A stretch of 64,000 nucleotides of DNA, taken from positions 25,668,001 through 25,732,000 of the forward strand of contig OZ024740.1 in the NCBI GenBank assembly GCA_964016885.1, given 5' to 3'. The notes under the pieces were generated by a model that saw nothing but the letters and a program-made list of their open reading frames with translations, made no database searches and was not told the DNA's origin. Source of the stretch: Eledone cirrhosa (Eukaryota). Position numbers and translations under genes: made by a program. The number at the start of each line of letters is the position of its first letter. The first letter of the stretch is position 1. Shown piece by piece: positions 1 through 14,099 of the stretch.

Positions 1-3000
1 TTCTATTGTAGTTGTAGTTATTTCTATTGTAGTTCTAGTTACTTCTATTGTAGTTGTAGTTACTTCTATTGAATTTGTAGTTACTTCTATTGTAGTTGTA
101 GTTACTTCTATTGTAGTTGTAGTTATTTCTATTGTAGTTGTAGTTACTTCTATTGTAGTTGTAGTTACTTCTATTGTAGTTGTAGTTATTTCTATTGTAG
201 TTGTAGTTACTTCTATTGTAGTTGTAATTATTTCTATTGTAGTTGTAGTTACTTCTATTGTAGTTGTAGTTACTTTTATTGTAGTTGTAGTTACGTCTAT
301 TGTAGTTGTTGTTACTTCTATTGTAGTTGTAGTTACTTCTATTGTAGTTGTAGTTACTTCTATTGTAGTTGTAGTTACTTCTATTGTAGTTGTAGTTACT
401 TCTATTGAAGTTGTAGTTACTTCTATTGTAGTTGTAGTTACTTCTATTGTAGTTGTAGTTACTTCTATTGTAGTTGTAGTTATTTCTATTGTAGTTGTAG
501 TTACTTCTATTGTAGTTGTAGTTACTTCTATTGTAGTTGTAGTTACTTCTATTGTAGTTGTAGTTACTTCTCTTGTAGTTGTAGTTACTTCTATTGTACT
601 TGTAGTTATTTCTATTGTAGTTGTAGTTATTTCTATTGTAGTTGTAGTTACTTCTCTTGTAGTTGTAGTTACTTCTATTGTAGTTGTAGTTATTTCTATT
701 GTAGTTGTAGTTACTTCTCTTGTAGTTGTAGTTACTTCTATTGTAGTTGTAGTTATTTCTATTGTAGTTGTAGTTACTTCTATTGTAGTTGTTGTTACTT
801 CTATTGTAGTTGTAGTTATTTCTAAGGTAGTTGTAATTACTTCTATTCTAGTTGTAGTTACTTCTATTGTAGTTGTAGTTACTTTATTGTAGTTGTAGTT
901 ACTTCTATTGTAGTTGAAGTTACTTTATTGTAGTTGTAGTTACTTCTATTGTAGTTGTAGATACTTCTATTGTAGTTGTAGTTACTTCTATTGTAGTTGT
1001 AGTTACTTCTATTGTAGTTGTAGATACTTCTATTGTAGTTGTAGTTACTTCTATTGTATTTGTAGTTACTTCTATTGTAGTTGTAGTTACTTCTATTGTA
1101 GTTGTAGTTACTTCTATTGTAGTTGTAGTTACTTTATTGTAGTTGTAGTTACTTCTATTGTAGTTGTAGTTACTTCTATTGTAGTTGTAGTTACTTCTAT
1201 TGTAGTTGTAGTTTGTTCTATTGTAGTTGTAGTTACTTCTATCGTAGGTGTAGTTACTTCTATTGTAGTTGTAGTTACTTCTATTGTAGTTGTAGATACT
1301 TCTATTGTAGTTGTAGTTACTTCTATTGTAGTTGTAGATACTTCTATTGTAGTTGTAGATACTTCTATTGTAGATGTAGATACTTCTATTATAGTTGTAG
1401 TTACTTCTATTGTAGTTGTAGATACTTCTATTGCAATTGTAGTTACTTCTATTGTAGTTGTAGTTACTTCTATTGTAGTTGTAGTTACTTCTATTGTAGT
1501 TGTAATTACTTCTATTGTAGTTGTAGTTACTTCTATTGTAGTTGTAGATACTCCTATTGTAGTTGTAGATACTTCTATTGTTGTTGTAGTTACTTCTATT
1601 GTAGTTGTAGTTACTTCTATTGTAGTTGTAGTTATTTCTATTGTAGTTGTAGTTACTTCTAATGTAGTTGTAGTTATTTCTATTGTAGTTGTAGATACTC
1701 CTATTGTAGTTGTAGATACTTCTATTGTAGATGTAGATACTTCTATTGTAGTTGTAGAAGCTTCTATTGTAGATGTTGTTACTCCTATTGTAGTTCTAGT
1801 TACTTCTATTGTAGTTGTAGTTACTTCTATTGTAGTTGTAGTTACTTCTATTGTAGTTGTAGTTACTTCTATTGTAGTTGTAGATACTCCCATTGTAGTT
1901 GTAGTTACTTCTATTGTAGTTGTAGATACTTCTATTGTAGTTGTAGTTATTTCTATTGTAGTTGTAGTTACTTCTCTTGTAGTTGTAGATACTTCTATTG
2001 TAGTTGAGGTTATTTCTATTGTAGTTGTAGTTACTTCTATTGTAGTTGTAGTTACTTCTATTGTAGTTGTAGTTACTTCTATTGTAGTTGTAGTTACTTC
2101 TATTGTAGTTGTAGTTACTTCTATTGAATTTGTAGTTACTTCTATTGTAGTTGTAGTTACTTCTATTGTAGTTGTAGTTATTTCTATTGTAGTTGTAGTT
2201 ACTTCTATTGTAGTTGTAGTTACTTCTATTGTAGTTGTAGTTATTTCTATTGTAGTTGTAGTTACTTCTATTGTAGTTGTAATTATTTCTATTGTAGTTG
2301 TAGTTACTTCTATTGTAGTTGTAGTTACTTTTATTGTAGTTGTAGTTACGTCTATTGTAGTTGTTGTTACTTCTATTGTAGTTGTAGTTACTTCTATTGT
2401 AGTTGTAGTTACTTCTATTGTAGTTGTAGTTACTTCTATTGTAGTTGTAGTTACTTCTATTGAAGTTGTAGTTACTTCTATTGTAGTTGTAGTTACTTCT
2501 ATTGTAGTTGTAGTTACTTCTATTGTAGTTGTAGTTATTTCTATTGTAGTTGTAGTTACTTCTATTGTAGTTGTAGTTACTTCTATTGTAGTTGTAGTTA
2601 CTTCTATTGTAGTTGTAGTTACTTCTCTTGTAGTTGTAGTTACTTCTATTGTACTTGTAGTTATTTCTATTGTAGTTGTAGTTATTTCTATTGTAGTTGT
2701 AGTTACTTCTCTTGTAGTTGTAGTTACTTCTATTGTAGTTGTAGTTATTTCTATTGTAGTTGTAGTTACTTCTCTTGTAGTTGTAGTTACTTCTATTGTA
2801 GTTGTAGTTATTTCTATTGTAGTTGTAGTTACTTCTATTGTAGTTGTTGTTACTTCTATTGTAGTTGTAGTTATTTCTAAGGTAGTTGTAATTACTTCTA
2901 TTCTAGTTGTAGTTACTTCTATTGTAGTTGTAGTTACTTTATTGTAGTTGTAGTTACTTCTATTGTAGTTGAAGTTACTTTATTGTAGTTGTAGTTACTT

Positions 3001-5350
3001 CTATTGTAGTTGTAGATACTTCTATTGTAGTTGTAGTTACTTCTATTGTAGTTGTAGTTACTTCTATTGTAGTTGTAGATACTTCTATTGTAGTTGTAGT
3101 TACTTCTATTGTATTTGTAGTTACTTCTATTGTAGTTGTAGTTACTTCTATTGTAGTTGTAGTTACTTCTATTGTAGTTGTAGTTACTTTATTGTAGTTG
3201 TAGTTACTTCTATTGTAGTTGTAGTTACTTCTATTGTAGTTGTAGTTACTTCTATTGTAGTTGTAGTTTGTTCTATTGTAGTTGTAGTTACTTCTATCGT
3301 AGGTGTAGTTACTTCTATTGTAGTTGTAGTTACTTCTATTGTAGTTGTAGATACTTCTATTGTAGTTGTAGTTACTTCTATTGTAGTTGTAGATACTTCT
3401 ATTGTAGTTGTAGATACTTCTATTGTAGATGTAGATACTTCTATTATAGTTGTAGTTACTTCTATTGTAGTTGTAGATACTTCTATTGCAATTGTAGTTA
3501 CTTCTATTGTAGTTGTAGTTACTTCTATTGTAGTTGTAGTTACTTCTATTGTAGTTGTAATTACTTCTATTGTAGTTGTAGTTACTTCTATTGTAGTTGT
3601 AGATACTCCTATTGTAGTTGTAGATACTTCTATTGTTGTTGTAGTTACTTCTATTGTAGTTGTAGTTACTTCTATTGTAGTTGTAGTTATTTCTATTGTA
3701 GTTGTAGTTACTTCTAATGTAGTTGTAGTTATTTCTATTGTAGTTGTAGATACTCCTATTGTAGTTGTAGATACTTCTATTGTAGATGTAGATACTTCTA
3801 TTGTAGTTGTAGAAGCTTCTATTGTAGATGTTGTTACTCCTATTGTAGTTCTAGTTACTTCTATTGTAGTTGTAGTTACTTCTATTGTAGTTGTAGTTAC
3901 TTCTATTGTAGTTGTAGTTACTTCTATTGTAGTTGTAGATACTCCCATTGTAGTTGTAGTTACTTCTATTGTAGTTGTAGATACTTCTATTGTAGTTGTA
4001 GTTATTTCTATTGTAGTTGTAGTTACTTCTCTTGTAGTTGTAGATACTTCTATTGTAGTTGAGGTTATTTCTATTGTAGTTGTAGTTACTTCTATTGTAG
4101 TTGTAGTTACTTCTATTGTAGTTGTAGTTACTTCTATTGTAGTTGTAGTTATTTCTATTGTAGTTGTAGTTACTTCTATTGTAGTTGTAGTTACTTCTAT
4201 TGAATTTGTAGTTACTTCTATTGTAGTTGTAGTTACTTCTATTGTAGTTGTAGTTATTTCTATTGTAGTTGTAGTTACTTCTATTGTAGTTGTAGTTACT
4301 TCTATTGTAGTTGTAGTTATTTCTATTGTAGTTGTAGTTACTTCTATTGTAGTTGTAATTATTTCTATTGTAGTTGTAGTTACTTCTATTGTAGTTGTAG
4401 TTACTTCTATTGTAGTTGTAGTTACTTCTATTGTAGTTGTTGTTACTTCTATTGTAGTTGTAGTTATTTCTATTGTAGTTGTAGTTACTTCTATTGTAGT
4501 TGTAGTTACTTCTATTGTAGTTGTAGTTACTTCTATTGTAGTTGTAGTTACTTCTATTGTAGTTGTAGTTACTTCTATTGTAGTTGTAGTTACTTCTATT
4601 GTAGTTGTAGTTACTTCTATTGTAGTTGTAGTTATTTCTATTGTAGTTGTAGTTACTTCTATTGTAGTTGTAGTTACTTCTATTGTAGTTGTAGTTACTT
4701 CTATTGTAGTTGTAGTTACTTCTATTGTACTTGTAGTTATTTCTATTGTAGTTGTAGTTATTTCTATTGTAGTTGTAGTTACTTCTCTTGTAGTTGTAGT
4801 TACTTCTATTGTAGTTGTAGTTATTTCTATTGTAGTTGTAGTTACTTCTCTTGTAGTTGTAGTTACTTCTATTGTAGTTGTAGTTATTTGTATTGTAGTT
4901 GTAGTTACTTCTATTGTAGTTGTTGTTACTTCTATTGTAGTTGTAGTTATTTCTATTGTAGTTGTAATTACTTCTATTGTAGTTGTAGTTACTTCTATTG
5001 TAGTTGTAGTTACTTTATTGTAGTTGTAGTTACTTCTATTGTAGTTGAAGTTACTTTATTGTAGTTGTAGTTACTTCTATTGTATTTGTAGATACTTCTA
5101 TTGTAGTTGTAGTTACTTCTATTGTAGTTGTAGTTACTTCTATTGTAGTTGTAGATACTTCTATTGTAGTTGTAGTTACTTCTATTGTAGTTGTAGTTAC
5201 TTCTATTGTAGTTGTAGTTACTTCTATTGTAGTTGTAGTTACTTCTATTGTAGTTGTAGTTACTTTATTGTAGTTGTAGTTACTTCTATTGTAGTTGTAG
5301 TTACTTCTATTGTAGTTGTAGATACTTCTATTGTAGTTGTAGTTACTTTA
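1..5350. repeat. Higher-order repeat block 1, period 2055/2076 bp (98/99 monomers including three 20-bp monomers), about 2.6 copies
   Basis: The marker TTGAAGTTACTTTATT is at 914, 2969 and 5045, TCTAAGGTAG at 821 and 2876, and AAGCTT at 1758 and 3813. The periods fit 2055 = 98x21-3 and 2076 = 99x21-3. Confidence 0.95.
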
Positions 5351-7639
5351 TTGTAGTTGTAGTTACTTCTATTGTAGTTGTAGATACTTCTATTTTAGTT
5401 GTAGTTACTTCTATTGTAGTTGTAGTTACTTCTATTGTAGTTGTAGTTACTTTATTGTAGTTGTAGTTACTTCTATTGTAGTTGTAGATATTTCTATTGT
5501 AGATGTAGATACTTCTATTGTAGTTGTAGTTACTTCTATTGTAGTTGTAGTTACTTCTATTGTAGTTGTAGTTTCTTCTATTGTAGTTGTAGTTACTTCT
5601 ATTGTAGTTGTAGTTACTTCTATTGTAGTTGTAGTTACTTCTATTGTAGTTGTAGTTACTTCTATTGTAGTTGTAGTTACTTTATTGTAGTTGTAGTTAC
5701 TTCTATTGTAGTTGTAGATACTTCTATTGTAGTTGTAGGTACTTCTATTGTAGTTGTAGTTACTTGTATTGTAGTTGTAGTTACTTCTATTGTAGTTGTA
5801 GTTATTTCTATTGTAGTTGTAGTTACTTTATTGTAGTTGTTGTTACTTCTCTTGTAGTTGTAGTTACTTTATTGTAGTTGTAGTTACTTGTATTGTAGTT
5901 GTAGTTACTTCTATTGTAGTTGTAGTTACTTCTATTGTAGTTGTAGATACTTCTATTGTAGTTGTAGATACTTCTATTGTAGTTGTAGTTACTTCTATTG
6001 TAGTTGTAGTTACTTCTATTGTAGTTGTAGTTACTTCTATTGTAGTTGTAGTTACTTCTATTGTAGTTGTTGTTACTTCTATTGTAGTTGTAGTTATTTC
6101 TATTGTAGTTGTAGTTACTTCTATTGTAGTTGTAGTTACTTCTATTGTATTTGTAGTTACTTCTATTGTAGTTGTAGTTACTTCTATTGTAGTTGTAGTT
6201 ACTTCTATTGTAGCTGTAGTTACTTCTATTGTAGTTGTTGTTATTTCTATTGTAGTTGTAGTTACTTCTATTGTAGTTGTAGTTATTTCTATTGTAGTTG
6301 TAGTTACTTTATTGTAGTTGTAGTTACTTCTCTTGTAGTTGTAGTTACTTCTATTGTAGTTGTAGTTACTTCTCTTTTAGTTGTAGATACTTCTGTTGTA
6401 GATACATCTATTGTAGTTGTAGGTACTTCTATTGTAGTTGTAGTTACTTCTATTGTAGTTGTAGTTACTTCTATTGTAGTTGTAGTTACTTCTATTGTAG
6501 CTGTAGTTACTTCTATTGTAGTTGTAGTTATTTCTATTGTAGTTGTAGTGACTTTATTGTAGTTGTAGTTACTTCTCTTGTAGTTGTAGTTACTTCTATT
6601 GTAGTTATAGTTACTTCTCTTTTAGTTGTAGATACTTCTGTTGTAGATACATCTATTGTAGTTGTAGGTACTTCTATTGTAGTTGTAGTTACTTCTATTG
6701 TAGTTGTAGTTACTTTATTGTAGTTGTAGTTACTTGTATTGTAGTTGTAGTTACTTCTATTGTAGTTGTAGTTACTACTATTGTAGTTGTAGTTACTTCT
6801 ATTGTAGTTGTAGTTTGTTCTATTGTAGTTGTAGTTACTTCTATCGTAGGTGTAGTTACTTCTATTGTAGTTGTAGTTACTTCTATTGTAGTTGTAGATA
6901 ATTCTATTGTAGTTGTAGTTACTTCTATTGTAGTTGTAGATACTTCTATTGTAGTTGTAGATACTTCTATTGTAGATGTAGATACTTCTATTATAGTTGT
7001 AGTTACTTCTATTATAGTTGTAGTTACTTCTATTGTAGTTGTAGTTACTTCTATTGTAGTTGTAGATACTTCTATTGCAGTTGTAGTTACTTCTATTGTA
7101 GTTGTAGTTACTTCTATTGTAGTTGTAGTTACTTCTATTGTAGTTGTAATTACTTCTATTGTAGTTGTAGTTACTTCTATTGTAGTTGTAGATACTTCTA
7201 TTGTAGTTGTAGATACTTCTATTGTTGTTGTAGTTACTTCTATTGTAGTTGTAGTTACTTCTATTGTAGTTGTAGTTATTTCTATTGTAGTTGTAGTTAC
7301 TTCTATTGTAGTTGTAGTTATTTCTATTGTAGTTGTAGATACTCCTATTGTAGTTGTAGATACTTCTATTGTAGATGTAGATACTTCTATTGTAGTTGTA
7401 GAAGCTTCTATTGTAGATGTTGTTACTCCTATTGTAGTTGTAGTTACTTCTATTGTAGTTGTAGTTACTTCTATTGTAGTTGTAGTTACTTCTATTGTAG
7501 TTGTAGTTACTTCTATTGTAGTTGTAGATACTCCCATTGTAGTTGTAGTTACTTCTATTGTAGTTGTAGATACTTCTATTGTAGTTGTAGTTATTTCTAT
7601 TGTAGTTGTAGTTACTTCTCTTGTAGTTGTAGTTACTTC

Positions 7640-10600
7640 TATTGTAGTTGTAGTTACTTCTATTGTAGTTGTAGTTACTTCTATTGTAGTTGTAGTTACT
7701 TCTATTGTAGTTGTAGTTATTACGATTGTAGTTGTAGTTACTTCTATTGTAGTTGTAGTTACTTCTATTGAATTTGTAGTTACTTCTATTGTAGTTGTAG
7801 TTACTTCTATTGTAGTTGTAGTTATTTCTATTGTAGTTGTAGTTACTTCTATTGTAGTTGTAGTTACTTCTATTGTAGTTGTAGTTACTTCTATTGTAGT
7901 TGTAGTTATTTCTATTGTAGTTGTAGTTACTTCTATTGTAGTTGTAGTTACTTCTATTGTAGTTGTAGTTACTTCTATTGTAGTTGTAGTTACTTCTATT
8001 GTAGTTGTAGTTACTTCTATTGTAGTTGTAATTATTTCTATTGTAGTTGTAGTTACTTCTCTTGTAGTTGTAGTTAGTTCTATTGTAGTTGTAGTTACTT
8101 CTATTGTAGTTGTAGTTACTTCTATTGTAGTTGAAGTTACTTCTATTGTAGTTGAAGTTACTTTATTGTAGTTGTAGTTACTTCTATTGTAGTTGTAGAT
8201 ACTTCTATTGTAGTTGTAGTTACTTCTATTGTAGTTGTAGTTACTTCTATTGTAGTTGTAGATACTTCTATTGTACTTGTAGTTACTTCTATTGTAGTTG
8301 TAGTTACTTCTATTGTAGTTGTAGTTACTTCTATTGTAGTTGTAGTTACTTCTATTGTAGTTGTAGTTACTTTATTGTAGTTGTAGTTACTTCTATTGTA
8401 GTTGTAGTGACTTCTATTGTAGTTGTAGTTACTTCTATTGTAGTTGTAGTTACTTTATTGTAGTTGTAGTTACTTCTATTGTAGTTGTAGATACTTCTAT
8501 TGTAGTTGTAGGTACTTCTATTGTAGTTGTAGTTACTTCTATTGTAGTTGTAGTTACTTCTATTGTAGTTGTAGTTACTTCTATTGTAGTTGTAGTTACT
8601 TTATTGTAGTTGTAGTTACTTGTATTGTAGTTGTAGTTACTTCTATTGTAGTTGTAGTTACTTCTATTGTAGTTGTAGATACTTCTATTGTAGTTGTAGA
8701 TACTTCTATTGTAGTTGTAGTTACTTCTATTGTAGTTGTAGTTACTTCTATTGTAGTTGTAGTTACTTCTATTGTAGTTGTAGTTACTTCTATTGTAGTT
8801 GTTGTTACTTCTATTGTAGTTGTAGTTATTTCTATTGTAGTTGTAGTTACTTCTATTGTAGTTGTAGTTACTTCTATTGTATTTGTAGTTACTTCTATTG
8901 TAGTTGTAGTTACTTCTATTGTAGTTGTAGTTACTTCTATTGTAGCTGTAGTTACTTCTATTGTAGTTGTAGTTATTTCTATTGTAGTTGTAGTTACTTC
9001 TATTGTAGTTGTAGTTATTTCTATTGTAGTTGTAGTTACTTTATTGTAGTTGTAGTTACTTCTCTTGTAGTTGTAGTTACTTCTATTGTAGTTGTAGTTA
9101 CTTCTCTTTTAGTTGTAGATACTTCTGTTGTAGATACATCTATTGTAGTTGTAGGTACTTCTATTGTAGTTGTAGTTACTTCTATTGTAGTTGTAGTTAC
9201 TTCTATTGTAGTTGTAGTTACTTCTATTGTAGCTGTAGTTACTTCTTTTGTAGTTGTAGTTATTTCTATTGTAGTTGTAGTTACTTTATTGTAGTTGTAG
9301 TTACTTCTCTTGTAGTTGTAGTTACTTCTATTGTAGTTGTAGTTACTTCTCTTTTAGTTGTAGATACTTCTGTTGTAGATACATCTATTGTAGTTGTAGG
9401 TACTTCTATTGTAGTTGTAGTTACTTCTATTGTAGTTGTAGTTACTTTATTGTAGTTGTAGTTACTTGTATTGTAGTTGTAGTTACTTCTATTGTAGTTG
9501 TAGTTACTACTATTGTAGTTGTAGTTACTTCTATTGTAGTTGTAGTTACTTCTATTGTAGTTGTAGATACTTCTATTGTAGTTGTAGTTATTTCTATTGT
9601 AGTTGTAGTTACTTCTATTGTAGTTGTAGTTACTTCTATTGTAGTTGTAATTACTTCTATTGTAGTTGTAGTTACTTCTATTGTAGTTGTAGATACTCCT
9701 ATTGTAGTTGTAGATACTTCTATTGTCGTTGTAGTTACTTCTATTGTAGTTGTAGTTACTTCTATTGTAGTTGTAGTTATTTCTATTGTAGTTGTAGTTA
9801 CTTCTATTGTAGTTGTAGTTATTTCTATTGTAGTTGTAGATACTCCTATTGTAGTTGTAGATACTTCTATTGTAGATGTAGATACTTCTATTGTAGTTGT
9901 AGAAGCTTCTATTGTAGATGTTGTTACTCCTATTGTAGTTGTAGTTACTTCTATTGTAGTTCTAGTTACTTCTATTGTAGTTGTAGTTACTTCTATTGTA
10001 GTTGTAGTTACTTCTATTGTAGTTGTAGTTACTTCTATTGTAGTTGTAGTTACTTCTATTGTAGTTGTAGTTACTTCTATTGTAGTTGTAGTTATTACGA
10101 TTGTAGTTGTAGTTACTTCTATTGTAGTTGTAGTTACTTCTATTGAATTTGTAGTTACTTCTATTGTAGTTGTAGTTACTTCTATTGTAGTTGTAGTTAT
10201 TTCTATTGTAGTTGTAGTTACTTCTATTGTAGTTGTAGTTACTTCTATTGTAGTTGTAGTTACTTCTATTGTAGTTGTAGTTATTTCTATTGTAGTTGTA
10301 GTTACTTCTATTGTAGTTGTAGTTACTTCTATTGTAGTTGTAGTTACTTCTATTGTAGTTGTAGTTACTTCTATTGTAGTTGTAGTTACTTCTATTGTAG
10401 TTGTAATTATTTCTATTGTAGTTGTAGTTACTTCTCTTGTAGTTGTAGTTAGTTCTATTGTAGTTGTAGTTACTTCTATTGTAGTTGTAGTTACTTCTAT
10501 TGTAGTTGAAGTTACTTCTATTGTAGTTGAAGTTACTTTATTGTAGTTGTAGTTACTTCTATTGTAGTTGTAGATACTTCTATTGTAGTTGTAGTTACTT

Positions 10601-12390
10601 CTATTGTAGTTGTAGTTACTTCTATTGTAGTTGTAGATACTTCTATTGTACTTGTAGTTACTTCTATTGTAGTTGTAGTTACTTCTATTGTAGTTGTAGT
10701 TACTTCTATTGTAGTTGTAGTTACTTCTATTGTAGTTGTAGTTACTTTATTGTAGTTGTAGTTACTTCTATTGTAGTTGTAGTGACTTCTATTGTAGTTG
10801 TAGTTACTTCTATTGTAGTTGTAGTTACTTTATTGTAGTTGTAGTTACTTCTATTGTAGTTGTAGATACTTCTATTGTAGTTGTAGGTACTTCTATTGTA
10901 GTTGTAGTTACTTCTATTGTAGTTGTAGTTACTTCTATTGTAGTTGTAGTTACTTCTATTGTAGTTGTAGTTACTTTATTGTAGTTGTAGTTACTTGTAT
11001 TGTAGTTGTAGTTACTTCTATTGTAGTTGTAGTTACTTCTATTGTAGTTGTAGATACTTCTATTGTAGTTGTAGATACTTCTATTGTAGTTGTAGTTACT
11101 TCTATTGTAGTTGTAGTTACTTCTATTGTAGTTGTAGTTACTTCTATTGTAGTTGTAGTTACTTCTATTGTAGTTGTTGTTACTTCTATTGTAGTTGTAG
11201 TTATTTCTATTGTAGTTGTAGTTACTTCTATTGTAGTTGTAGTTACTTCTATTGTATTTGTAGTTACTTCTATTGTAGTTGTAGTTACTTCTATTGTAGT
11301 TGTAGTTACTTCTATTGTAGCTGTAGTTACTTCTATTGTAGTTGTAGTTATTTCTATTGTAGTTGTAGTTACTTCTATTGTAGTTGTAGTTATTTCTATT
11401 GTAGTTGTAGTTACTTTATTGTAGTTGTAGTTACTTCTCTTGTAGTTGTAGTTACTTCTATTGTAGTTGTAGTTACTTCTCTTTTAGTTGTAGATACTTC
11501 TGTTGTAGATACATCTATTGTAGTTGTAGGTACTTCTATTGTAGTTGTAGTTACTTCTATTGTAGTTGTAGTTACTTCTATTGTAGTTGTAGTTACTTCT
11601 ATTGTAGCTGTAGTTACTTCTTTTGTAGTTGTAGTTATTTCTATTGTAGTTGTAGTTACTTTATTGTAGTTGTAGTTACTTCTCTTGTAGTTGTAGTTAC
11701 TTCTATTGTAGTTGTAGTTACTTCTCTTTTAGTTGTAGATACTTCTGTTGTAGATACATCTATTGTAGTTGTAGGTACTTCTATTGTAGTTGTAGTTACT
11801 TCTATTGTAGTTGTAGTTACTTTATTGTAGTTGTAGTTACTTGTATTGTAGTTGTAGTTACTTCTATTGTAGTTGTAGTTACTACTATTGTAGTTGTAGT
11901 TACTTCTATTGTAGTTGTAGTTACTTCTATTGTAGTTGTAGATACTTCTATTGTAGTTGTAGTTATTTCTATTGTAGTTGTAGTTACTTCTATTGTAGTT
12001 GTAGTTACTTCTATTGTAGTTGTAATTACTTCTATTGTAGTTGTAGTTACTTCTATTGTAGTTGTAGATACTCCTATTGTAGTTGTAGATACTTCTATTG
12101 TCGTTGTAGTTACTTCTATTGTAGTTGTAGTTACTTCTATTGTAGTTGTAGTTATTTCTATTGTAGTTGTAGTTACTTCTATTGTAGTTGTAGTTATTTC
12201 TATTGTAGTTGTAGATACTCCTATTGTAGTTGTAGATACTTCTATTGTAGATGTAGATACTTCTATTGTAGTTGTAGAAGCTTCTATTGTAGATGTTGTT
12301 ACTCCTATTGTAGTTGTAGTTACTTCTATTGTAGTTCTAGTTACTTCTATTGTAGTTGTAGTTACTTCTATTGTAGTTGTAGTTACTTCT
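7640..12390. repeat. Higher-order repeat block 2, two near-identical copies with a 2375-bp period (114 monomers)
   Basis: Paired markers are all 2375 apart: TACGATT 7721/10096, ORF-track starts 8152/10527, 8620/10995, 9466/11841, and AAGCTT 9903/12278. The period fits 114x21 minus seven 1-bp and two 6-bp deletions. Confidence 0.95.
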
Positions 12391-14099
12391 ATTGTAGTTG
12401 TAGATACTCCCATTGTAGTTGTAGTTACTTCTATTGTAGTTGTAGATACTTCTATTGTAGTTGTAGTTATTTCTATTGTAGTTGTAGTTACTTCTCTTGT
12501 AGTTGTAGTTACTTCTATTGTAGTTGTAGTTACTTCTATTGTAGTTGTAGTTACTTCTATTGTAGTTGTAGTTACTTCTATTGTAGTTGTAGTTATTTCT
12601 ATTGTAGTTGTAGTTACTTCTATTTTAGTTGTAGTTACTTCTATTGAATTTGTAGTTACTTCTATTGTAGTTGTAGTTACTTCTATTGTAGTTGTAGTTA
12701 TTTCTATTGTAGTTGTAGTTACTTCTATTGTAGTTGTTGTTACTTCTATTGTAGTTGTAGTTACTTCTATTGTAGTTGTAGTTACTTCTATTGTAGTTGT
12801 AGTTACTTCTATTGTAGTTGTAGTTACTTCTATTGTAGTTGTAGTTACTTCTATTGTAGTTGTAGTTACTTCTATTGTAGTTGTAGTTACTTCTATTGTA
12901 GTTGTAGTTACTTCTATTGTAGTTGTAGTTACTTCTATTGTAGTTGTAGTTACTTCTATTGTAGTTGTAGTTATTTCTATTGTAGTTGTAGTTACTTCTA
13001 TTGTAGTTGTAATTATTTCTATTGTAGTTGTAGTTACTTCTCTTGTAGTTGTAGTTAGTTCTATTGTAGTTGTAGTTACTTCTATTGTAGTTGTAGTTAC
13101 TTCTATTGTAGTTGTAGTTACTTCTATTGTAGTTGTAGTTATTTCTATTGTAGTTGTAGTTACTTCTATTGTAGTTGTAGTTACTTCTATTGTAGTTGTA
13201 GTTACTTCTATTGTAGTTGTAGTTACTTCTATTGTAGTTGTAGTTACTTCTATTGTAGTTGTAGTTACTTCTATTGTAGTTGTAGTTATTTCTATTGTAG
13301 TTGTAGTTACTTCTATTGTAGTTGTAGTTACTTCTCTTGTAGTTGTAGTTACTTCTATTGTACTTGTAGTTATTTCTATTGTAGTTGTAGTTATTTCTAT
13401 TGTAGTTGTAGTTACTTCTCTTGTAGTTGTAGTTACTTCTATTGTAGTTGTAGTTATTTCTATTGTAGTTGTAGTTACTTCTCTTGTAGTTGTAGTTACT
13501 TCTATTGTAGTTGTAGTTATTTCTATTGTAGTTGTAGTTACTTCTATTGTAGTTGTTGTTACTTCTATTGTAGTTGTAGATACTTCTATTGTAGTTGTAG
13601 TTACTTATATTGTAGTTGTAGTTACTTCTATTGTAGTTGTAGTTACTTCTATTGTAGTTGTAGTTACTTCTATTGTAGTTGTAGTTACTTTATTGTAGTT
13701 GTAGTTACTTCTATTGTAGTTGTAGTTACTTCTATTGTAGTTGTAGATACTTCTATTGTAGTTGTAGTTACTTTATTGTAGTTGTAGTTACTTCTATTGT
13801 AGTTGTAGATACTTCTATTTTAGTTGTAGTTACTTCTATTGTAGTTGTAGTTACTTCTATTGTAGCTGTAGTTACTTTATTGTAGTTGTAGTTACTTCTA
13901 TTGTAGTTGTAGATACTTCTATTGTAGATGTAGATACTTCTATTGTAGTTGTAGTTACTTCTATTGTAGTTGTAGTTACTTCTATTGTAGTTGTAGTTTC
14001 TTCTATTGTAGTTGTAGTTACTTCTATTGTAGTTGTAGTTACTTCTATTGTAGTTGTAGTTACTTCTATTGTAGTTGTAGTTATTTCTATTGTAGTTGT

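Noticed and set aside
914-2968. Three 1-bp deletions per 2055-bp unit as programmed or compensating frameshifts
   Set aside because: The net in-frame length looks coincidental. One intervening frame contains stops, and other units (2375, 1790, 1478 bp) are not multiples of 3.
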